This document shows, one piece after another, positions 57,160 to 64,000 of a stretch of 64,000 nt of DNA. The position numbers and the translations under genes were made by a program. The notes under the pieces were generated by a model. That model was not told the DNA's origin and did no database searches. It saw only the letters and a program-made list of their open reading frames with translations. The stretch lies in assembly GCA_030591685.1 (NCBI GenBank), contig JAUVAX010000004.1, positions 40,230 to 104,229 on the forward strand, given 5' to 3'. Source of the DNA: Pseudobdellovibrionaceae bacterium (GTDB lineage: Bacteria > Bdellovibrionota > Bdellovibrionia > Bdellovibrionales > UBA1609). Every line of letters begins with the position of its first letter. Position 1 is the first letter of the stretch.

Positions 57160-57849
57160 TCAAATGTCACTCAGAGGCATATGGGCGTTTTTATAGCCCG
57201 GTTGCTCCAACCAGTACAAAAGCTCCATGGCTACGGCCTTTGGGGAGCTTACCTTTTTCTCAAGCCTAACTGGAGCCGATGGGGGCAACATATCTGTGTC
57301 CATATAACTAGGGCTAAAGAGCCTAAAATCAAAAGTCGGCTCTTCAATTGACACTGTTTTATGTAACCCAAGTAATGCGTGCTTTGCCGCAGAATAACTA
57401 GCAGCATTAATATCGGCAGACTGCTCACAAACAGAGGACCCAATGGCCACAAATTGTTTAACAAATGATTGGTTTTTCAAACAAAAATGTAGGACACGTG
57501 CAGCAAAAATAAACGTTACGTTATATGCCCATTGATGGTCTTCCCATTTTTTTGAGGCATAAGGGCCATGAGGCCCTCCTCCGGCACAGTAGATAACTTT
57601 ATCTGGTTTAAAGTCAGACAAAACCCTTAAGACTTCCTCTTGATCGACCTTTACATTAAAATCTGAACACAGCACTGAAGCTCTGGAGCCTAAATTTTCC
57701 ACATCTAACTTAAGTGAGGTTAAGAGCTCTTGCTTGCGAGAGACTAAAAGCAATTCTGATTTTGAGGCCCCAGCTGCTTCTAAAGATAACGCTCGCCCAA
57801 AACCTCTTGAAGCCCCCAAAATGGCAATTTTTTTACTCATGCCAAACAT
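57160..57849 (-). CDS. short-chain dehydrogenase/reductase (SDR) family protein
   Basis: Cofactor motif ILGASRGFGRAL and catalytic YSAAKHAL (YxxxK). Confidence 0.8.
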   Translation of the reverse strand: MFGMSKKIAILGASRGFGRALSLEAAGASKSELLLVSRKQELLTSLKLDVENLGSRASVLCSDFNVKVDQEEVLRVLSDFKPDKVIYCAGGGPHGPYASKKWEDHQWAYNVTFIFAARVLHFCLKNQSFVKQFVAIGSSVCEQSADINAASYSAAKHALLGLHKTVSIEEPTFDFRLFSPSYMDTDMLPPSAPVRLEKKVSSPKAVAMELLYWLEQPGYKNAHMPLSDI

Positions 57850-58015
57850 AGTACGCCCAGTTAATTAAATTTACACTTTTAAACCCTTAGACCTAATGTT
57901 TGGGACTTGAAGCGTTAGGCGTTCAACTGTTAAAAAACTAATACTCCGCCTTGCACAGGAAAGAGTTAAAGAAAAAATCGTGACTTATCTAAGAGCCTTC
58001 AGATAGCCTTATTTT

Positions 58016-58303
58016 ATGCCGAGTGTTTTCATTAAAAAATTAAATAAAACCGTGACCATCAATAAAGACTTTAGCCTTATGAAGAACCTGATTGAAAACA
58101 ATATACCCGTCGCTAGCAGCTGTGGTGGGGAGGCCGTCTGCGGAAAGTGCCAAGTACAAATTATTAAGGGTCGAGACAACCTTTCCACACCTGGCGTTGA
58201 TGAGGCACGGCTTCTTGAAAGCCTCAAATTGCCCTCCGATATTCGGATAAGTTGTCAGGTTTTCGTACATGATACCGCTGAAATCACAACCGATTACTGG
58301 TAA
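58016..58303 (+). CDS. 2Fe-2S ferredoxin-like protein
   Basis: Cys ligand pattern C36-x5-C42-x2-C45-x34-C80 (SSCGGEAVCGKCQV ... ISCQV), counted from the translation. 95 aa. Confidence 0.7.
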   Translation: MPSVFIKKLNKTVTINKDFSLMKNLIENNIPVASSCGGEAVCGKCQVQIIKGRDNLSTPGVDEARLLESLKLPSDIRISCQVFVHDTAEITTDYW

Positions 58304-58367
58304 CCCCTGGCTCCATAATTGCTCATAGATCTTTCTTGTATGAACATGAAAACCTCTCATCTATGGA

Positions 58368-59738
58368 GTGTATATGCCTACATTAAAGAGTACCACGATA
58401 GTATTTATTTTGAGCCTAATGACTTTATCTTGCGCCGACACTGAGCCCTCAGCTGAGGTTCTCAAGGTCTATGCCCCAAAACTTGTGACGGCCAACAGCA
58501 CCTACTCTATCAATAAAACTCTCTCAAAACACAGTCTTAAAAAAATTGACGTGCACGATTTTTTAGACTTTTCAGAAAATGACCCTAAAACATTTAACAC
58601 TCTAAAGTTAAACTCCACGGTGAGCTGTAAATACAATAATAAAGATATTCATAGCTCTAAATCCCTTTTACTGCAAAAACGTATTAACTTTGCAAGCCTG
58701 TTAAATGAACAGCTCTTGTCCCTGTCGCTTAAAAATAATCTTTTGTGTAATGTACACGTTCAACTCTCAGACCCTGAAAACACTTTTAATTACGAATTCA
58801 AAGTTGAGGGGCTAAATCTCTATCAAAATGCACAAAGAAATTCATTTTTTTTAACGCCAAGCCTCAATGAGTTATCAAGTGGTGCTTTTATTGATTATAA
58901 AGACTTCCTTAAAGAACTTAACTCCACAAGCTCAACAAAAAACCTAAGAGCACTTGTTTGCGAAAATTACTATTTTGATTTAACTCAATTAAAGTCACTC
59001 TCAAAAAAATTAGAAAAATCGGCTATCATCACAACCCACTTAAAAAGTATTCGACAGGCTCCACTACAAACCTGTCGTGCTGTTCAGTTAGTTTCTGGCA
59101 GGCAACAACTATCAAAACCCATTGTCATCAGGTTTCTACCACCAGTAGTTTCTATAGAGCAAAAAATTATTGAGACCTCTTATCGTCTCCCCCTCGGCAT
59201 CCACATTGGGCGTTCAGGCCCCTATTTAGTTTATAAAACAACCCTTATAAATCAAAATAAATTTCCTATAAAATTAAAAAAATATAACTATTACCCTCGA
59301 TCAATCATTATTAAACTCGACGCCCACAATAGCTACCGATATGCCACGAGCTTTCTTATAAGCTCCACGACCTTTCCACCATCAAAAAAAACCCCCTATG
59401 ACATCATAAAGCTCCTCCCCCAGCAGTCGGTCTCTTTTACCCTTCTGGCGTTTCCTGGGCGCACACTTTCAGGCAATGAATATAAACCTTGCCCTGAGCT
59501 AGAAACTCTCAAAAACAAAGGATTTTTAAGTTTTTCGGGCTCCTATATGCTAGCCCTAACAGATCGTATGAGACCCATAGAGTACTTATACGGTACTCGG
59601 TCCATCGAATTCATCCCACCTGTTATTGAAAAATCAATGGGTAGCCTCTTAATTCAAACGACTATTGATGACTTTAAGTACTTAGACGAGTTGAAGGCAC
59701 CCATTCAAACACCTCAAGACATAATAAATTGTGGGTAA
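58368..59738 (+). CDS. hypothetical lipoprotein
   Basis: Signal/lipobox-like FILSLMTLSCADT. 456 aa, Asn/Lys/Ser-rich, no recognisable motif. Confidence 0.45.
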   Translation: MYMPTLKSTTIVFILSLMTLSCADTEPSAEVLKVYAPKLVTANSTYSINKTLSKHSLKKIDVHDFLDFSENDPKTFNTLKLNSTVSCKYNNKDIHSSKSLLLQKRINFASLLNEQLLSLSLKNNLLCNVHVQLSDPENTFNYEFKVEGLNLYQNAQRNSFFLTPSLNELSSGAFIDYKDFLKELNSTSSTKNLRALVCENYYFDLTQLKSLSKKLEKSAIITTHLKSIRQAPLQTCRAVQLVSGRQQLSKPIVIRFLPPVVSIEQKIIETSYRLPLGIHIGRSGPYLVYKTTLINQNKFPIKLKKYNYYPRSIIIKLDAHNSYRYATSFLISSTTFPPSKKTPYDIIKLLPQQSVSFTLLAFPGRTLSGNEYKPCPELETLKNKGFLSFSGSYMLALTDRMRPIEYLYGTRSIEFIPPVIEKSMGSLLIQTTIDDFKYLDELKAPIQTPQDIINCG

Positions 59739-59740
59739 AG

Positions 59741-60430
59741 TTACTTTACTAATTGAGCGTAATAAATAGGTTGGTTTTTTTGCAAAAATATCTGTTCAAA
59801 GCCCGTAACAAAGTTATTTTTTGAAAATTTTGAATTATGTAAATCGTAAGTAACACCCTCTAGTTTGTAGGGGCTCTTGTTAAATTTTTCAATAGACCAA
59901 TCAAAATAATTACGGTCATCTGTTTTAAAAAAAACAGTGGACCCTGCTTTTTGAAGCTTATAAATCATATTTAAAAAATCATCTTGAATAAGGCGGTTTT
60001 TCCATTGTCGTTTTTTAGGCCAAGGGTCAGGGTGATGAATAATAACGTCATCTAACTCACCTTCGTCGAACAAATGATTTAAGAGTGAAGCGTTGTAACG
60101 ACAAATTCTAACGTTCTTGCAGTCATTCGAAAGCGCTCTTCGGATGCTCTGAATAAGAGGCTTATATTTAACCTCAATACCAACAAGCATTCGGTCCGGG
60201 TTTTCGCTGGCGAAGTGCGAAAAATGAAACCCATTTCCAGTGCCAATCTCAACGTCCAGTCTAGTATTTAACGACCGTTTAAACACGTCATTCATCCAGC
60301 GGCCCTTATTTTTTGGTGCACGGTCTTCACAATAAGACCATTGACTATACTCCCCCGTTAACGCCTGAACATAGTATGTTGGCACGGGCAATCTGTTTGT
60401 AGGGCATAAACCATGAGGTAATTTTTCCAT
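59741..60430 (-). CDS. trmB: tRNA (guanine46-N7)-methyltransferase
   Basis: VEIGTGNGFHF, LVGIEVK and IHHPDPWPKKRQWKNRL are TrmB motifs. Confidence 0.9.
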   Translation of the reverse strand: MEKLPHGLCPTNRLPVPTYYVQALTGEYSQWSYCEDRAPKNKGRWMNDVFKRSLNTRLDVEIGTGNGFHFSHFASENPDRMLVGIEVKYKPLIQSIRRALSNDCKNVRICRYNASLLNHLFDEGELDDVIIHHPDPWPKKRQWKNRLIQDDFLNMIYKLQKAGSTVFFKTDDRNYFDWSIEKFNKSPYKLEGVTYDLHNSKFSKNNFVTGFEQIFLQKNQPIYYAQLVK

Positions 60431-60482
60431 TACTCAACGTGATAACAGAGTCCGAACCCCTTGTGCACAAAAAAGCAATTGA

Positions 60483-62195
60483 TTGCACCTTTTTCAAATT
60501 TATTATATTTTAAAATGCAGACGATTAATATTATTAGTTGGGGGTAAAATGTCGTTTTTTCAAATTATTATTGTTATTATCTGTGCTCCGATAATAGCCT
60601 TTTCAAAACCTACTCTGAGCTCTAAAATAATGATTACGGGGTCTTCAAAGCAGGCCAACGCATTTGGAGTACGGGTACATCAAATGGGTGGCAATGTGTT
60701 TGATGTTGCCGTAGGTGTGGGGCTTGTAATGACGGTCACAAACCCCTTTAATGCCTCGCTAGGCGGAGGTGGATTTGCCCTAATACATAATAAGGGTAAA
60801 GTTCGCGCTTTAGATTTTAGAGAAATGGCTCCACAAAGTACTAGCCCTGATTTTTACCTCAACAAAGGAGCTGAAGCTTCTACAAAAGGGGGCACAGCCA
60901 TTGGCGTTCCTGGGTATATCGCCGGGTTATATGAAATACACAAGGCCTATGGTAAGCTCCCCTGGAATAGACTTTTTACTCGGGCCATAGCGCTTGCTAA
61001 CAATGGGTTTCGAGTCTCGGGGGACTGGGTTAAAAGAACCACACTCAACAAAGATCGATTCAATCAAAGTGGACGTAAGTATTTTTTTAAAAATACACGC
61101 GCCTATAAGCCCGGCGACATAATGAGACAGCCGCAACTGGCTAAAGCTCTAAAAATAATACAGCAACATAACATAAATGGTTTTTACAAAGGACCCGTCG
61201 CTAAAGATATTATCGCCTCAGTAAAAAAAGCCGGTGGAGTCATTAGCGAAGGTGATTTAAAAAAATATAGAGTCCGATGGTTAGACCCGATTGAGACCAA
61301 TTTTTATGGCTATAAAATTTATTTAATGCCTCCTCCAAGCAGTGGTGGGGTCATCATCAAAACAGCACTTTCACTTATTGAGTCTTTAAAGCTAAAAGAA
61401 CTGCGACCTTTAAGTATTGATGAGCTTCATTATTTAGCCGAAATCCAATCCCGAAGCTTTCGTGGACGGGCTCTTCTCGGGGACCCTCGGTTTCATAAAA
61501 ACCCGCTATCAATGCTTTTTTCAAGTTCTTACCTGTCGGAGTTAACAAATAGTATTCGCGCGTCCAAAGCCACCACAATTAAACCATTAACAGACAATGA
61601 ACCAAAAAAAGAAAGCCCCCAAACTACACACTTCACTGTTATGGATAAACGAGGAAATGCCGTTGCACTAACAGTAACCTTAAACGGAGCCTATGGTTCA
61701 GGAGTCGTGAGTAATAAATACGGCATCACCCTGAATAATCAAATGGACGACTTCACCACCAAACCGGGTAAGCCAAATATGTTTGGCCTTATTCAAGGTA
61801 AAGGGAACATGATTCAGGCCGGAAAACGACCCTTAAGCTCAATGACACCTACTTTTGTTAAAAAGGGGCGAAAACTTGTAATGGCACTTGGTGCCCCTGG
61901 AGGCCCTAGAATTATATCGGGTATTCTGCAGGTCCTATACCGTACTTTAGGCAACAAATTTGACATAGATTTTGCAATACAGTACCCCAGAATTCATCAT
62001 CAGTTTTTGCCCAACACACTCTTTTATGACCAAAACAGGTTCAGTCTAGAAATTGTTGAAGTCCTCAAAGCCAAGGGGCACAAAATGCAATCAACCCCTT
62101 GGAACTCTCGAGTTAACGGCATCCAACTCAACGACCAAAATTGGCTTGAAGGGGCCTTTGATGCTCGTGGTGAAGGGTCTGTTGAAGGTCTTTAG
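60483..62195 (+). CDS. ggt: gamma-glutamyltransferase
   Basis: Autoprocessing/nucleophile site QTTHFTVMDKRGNAVALT, then NNQMDDF, PLSSMTPT and GAPGGPRII. The probable true start is MSFFQIII at 60549. Confidence 0.92.
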   Translation: MHLFQIYYILKCRRLILLVGGKMSFFQIIIVIICAPIIAFSKPTLSSKIMITGSSKQANAFGVRVHQMGGNVFDVAVGVGLVMTVTNPFNASLGGGGFALIHNKGKVRALDFREMAPQSTSPDFYLNKGAEASTKGGTAIGVPGYIAGLYEIHKAYGKLPWNRLFTRAIALANNGFRVSGDWVKRTTLNKDRFNQSGRKYFFKNTRAYKPGDIMRQPQLAKALKIIQQHNINGFYKGPVAKDIIASVKKAGGVISEGDLKKYRVRWLDPIETNFYGYKIYLMPPPSSGGVIIKTALSLIESLKLKELRPLSIDELHYLAEIQSRSFRGRALLGDPRFHKNPLSMLFSSSYLSELTNSIRASKATTIKPLTDNEPKKESPQTTHFTVMDKRGNAVALTVTLNGAYGSGVVSNKYGITLNNQMDDFTTKPGKPNMFGLIQGKGNMIQAGKRPLSSMTPTFVKKGRKLVMALGAPGGPRIISGILQVLYRTLGNKFDIDFAIQYPRIHHQFLPNTLFYDQNRFSLEIVEVLKAKGHKMQSTPWNSRVNGIQLNDQNWLEGAFDARGEGSVEGL

Positions 62196-62229
62196 ATCAT
62201 CTCATGAAGTTTTTGATAGTTGAAATATA

Positions 62230-63276
62230 TTACTGAAACTCCGCAGGCTCTTCAGGGTCTGTTAACTGCCCCACATCTATAGGCAGTCTTTTTTCAAAGG
62301 ATTCTTTTCTAATAGGGCACTCTGGAACATTGCAATATCGACAATAGGCCCTTCGGCAAGGATCTAAATGAAAGTGCAGCTCTAAATTATATTTATAACT
62401 TTTAATAATAGAATTTTCAAAGCTCTCAATATTAGTATGGACAGCCTTTACATCCCAGTATTCAGGGACAACCAAGTGAGCATCAATATGGTGAAACTGC
62501 CCGGATCGAATCATTTTTAAATGATGCACTTGAATAACAGAGGTGGATAGGTTTTGTGAAATCACCTCAACAACGCCCTGCAAAGCATCCTCACTCTCCT
62601 CATCCAATAGACCAGCCATAGACTCACGCACCAAAGCCACCCCTGTTTTTGCTAAAAACAAACTCACTATAATAGCCGCAACAGAATCTAGCCATACGAG
62701 GCCCGTCCATTTTACTAGAAATAGCCCCACGACAACACCCAGGGATGTCCAGAAATCAGAAATAACATGACGGCCACTAGCATCTAAGGCCTTTGAGTTT
62801 TTTCTTTTACCTACTGTAATTAAAAAATAGCCTAAAGCTAAGTTAACAAACCCTGCGCCAGCAACAACCATTAAACCTGAGTTTAAATTATTTAACTGAT
62901 GACCCGTAATTAAAGACTGAATAGCATCAATAATAATCATAAGGGCCGCAAAACTAATAAGCCCACCCTCAAAAGCTGCGCTTAAGTGCTCAATTTTTCC
63001 ATGCCCATAAGGGTGATCTCTATCCGCAGGCTGGCTTGCATAGGCTACAACAAATATTACTAAAATAGCCGCAACAACATTAACTATGCTTTCCATCGCA
63101 TCAGAAAATATGGCCTGAGAGCCCGTATTGTTAAAGGCCCAGAATTTTGCCGCAAGAAGGCCCACACTAACAATTAGTGAAACAAGGGAGGCCAATTTTT
63201 GATCTTTTTCAACATTTTGTACGATTGGCGAAAACTTATAACCCATTAGAACCCCTGCCCCATGAGCCACGACCAT
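62230..63276 (-). CDS. cation diffusion facilitator (CDF) family metal transporter with Cys-rich C-terminal tail
   Basis: FSDAMESIVNVV, HPYGHGKIEHLSAAFEG and ISDFWTSLGVV are CDF TM2/TM5 metal-site motifs. The tail is HLDPCRRAYCRYCNVPECP. The likely start is the ATG at 63246 (MGYKFSP), which overlaps the upstream stop as TAATG. Confidence 0.85.
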   Translation of the reverse strand: MVVAHGAGVLMGYKFSPIVQNVEKDQKLASLVSLIVSVGLLAAKFWAFNNTGSQAIFSDAMESIVNVVAAILVIFVVAYASQPADRDHPYGHGKIEHLSAAFEGGLISFAALMIIIDAIQSLITGHQLNNLNSGLMVVAGAGFVNLALGYFLITVGKRKNSKALDASGRHVISDFWTSLGVVVGLFLVKWTGLVWLDSVAAIIVSLFLAKTGVALVRESMAGLLDEESEDALQGVVEVISQNLSTSVIQVHHLKMIRSGQFHHIDAHLVVPEYWDVKAVHTNIESFENSIIKSYKYNLELHFHLDPCRRAYCRYCNVPECPIRKESFEKRLPIDVGQLTDPEEPAEFQ

Positions 63277-64000
63277 AAATTAGGTCGTCTTTGCCCAATA
63301 TCATAGTGGCTGCCTGAAAATTCAGAGTAATATATATTTTTATTAACAGCCCTCATAGTATTAAAAATTTGCCTTGTCCCGTATTGAAGATGGTACTGAT
63401 CACGAGTACCCACATCTAAATACACGCCCTTTAGTTTTTTTACTTTAACTAAGCGTTTTTTTAAAAAATTAATGGGGTCATGAGAGCACCATTTGTTCCA
63501 GTGTTTTTTATTAATAACTCCCGTATTTATATCAATGGGCCAAAGCACTTCGTGCTTTTTTTGAGGGTGCGGGGCATAACAGGTACCCATTCCAATAGCG
63601 TTTAAAAAAGAAAACGAATCTCTGCGGTTTAAAAATCGACCGGTCTCAATTTCTTTTTTTATACCATGTATTCCACCAAATTTTATAATCACCGGCAGAG
63701 CTGTGTATATTTCTGGCAGCAAACTCATTTCAAAAAAACAATCAGGCGCTATGGCCGCAGCCCATGAAAATTTGTCTGGGTACTTGCTGGCTAAATGCAA
63801 AGCCCCATAGCCGCCACTTGAGCCCCCCATTACACACCACTTGGCAGGGTCATTTGAAACTTGAAAATTAGATTTAACAAGTTTATAGACCTCTTTAATT
63901 ATAAAGTCTTCATAGTCCCCCGTGCCTTTTGAATTTATAAACTGGCTCCCCCCCCAGTAAGTAATCGCATCTACAAAAACATACAGAGCATTGGGTGCCT
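63246..64000 (-). CDS. esterase-D/putative-esterase family alpha/beta hydrolase (5' end beyond window)
   Basis: Nucleophile elbow MGGSSGGYGALHLA (G-x-S-x-G). I translated upstream of the track Met by hand and the frame stays open to nt 64000 (APNALYVFVDAITYWGGSQFINSKGTGDYEDFIIKEVYKL...). The real start is therefore outside the window. Confidence 0.75.
   Translation of the reverse strand, partial: APNALYVFVDAITYWGGSQFINSKGTGDYEDFIIKEVYKLVKSNFQVSNDPAKWCVMGGSSGGYGALHLASKYPDKFSWAAAIAPDCFFEMSLLPEIYTALPVIIKFGGIHGIKKEIETGRFLNRRDSFSFLNAIGMGTCYAPHPQKKHEVLWPIDINTGVINKKHWNKWCSHDPINFLKKRLVKVKKLKGVYLDVGTRDQYHLQYGTRQIFNTMRAVNKNIYYSEFSGSHYDIGQRRPNLWSWLMGQGF

Noticed and set aside
1-64000. Search for CRISPR arrays, transposases/integrases, toxin-antitoxin pairs, restriction-modification or other classical defence/mobile modules
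   Set aside because: No regularly spaced direct repeats are present. No ORF has DDE, tyrosine/serine recombinase, reverse transcriptase, Cas, methyltransferase-endonuclease or nuclease-NTPase defence motifs. The window reads as core chromosome with lineage-specific envelope and signalling clusters.

Overview
64-kb chromosomal window from an AT-rich diderm bacterium. The gene content (DivIVA next to maf-yggS-proC, five FHA domains, a KirBac channel, ExbBD/TonB-like genes, OmpA-type domains) fits a Bdellovibrionota/Bacteriovoracales-type genome best; this is an inference I cannot verify here. I support about 60 protein genes and three intrinsic terminators. I found no rRNA, tRNA, CRISPR array, transposase, integrase or prophage signature. 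Housekeeping blocks are maf-yggS-proC-divIVA, exbB-exbD, lipA-E2-lpd-lipB, sfsA, a polyprenol/DAG-kinase-like gene plus pssA, truA, rplM-rpsI, an AceE-type E1 followed by tesA-ybbA-ybbP-like genes, astB, a duplicated ABC ATPase, an AgcS-type symporter, a U32 peptidase, a PLP decarboxylase, trxB, trmB, ggt and a CDF transporter. The regions worth a second look are: (1) 7986..14506, a translationally coupled six-gene operon made of an orphan TadC-like platform protein, a DUF192-like protein, three membrane FHA proteins and a degenerate PP2C-like protein. (2) 1..4443, a non-flagellar MotA/MotB-like pair whose MotB-like subunit carries a ~380-residue coiled coil, followed by an FHA/coiled-coil protein that runs off the left edge. 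(3) 27861..30502, a secreted protein with a CFIATAAYG-type C-terminal anchor motif, coupled to an acidic-repeat protein with a beta-barrel-like C-terminus. (4) 43467..44635, two tandem truncated-hemoglobin-fold proteins whose proximal-His position reads Tyr and Phe. (5) 54752..57042, an apparent trxB / response regulator / KirBac operon. All functional calls come from reading motifs in the supplied translations; no database search was possible.
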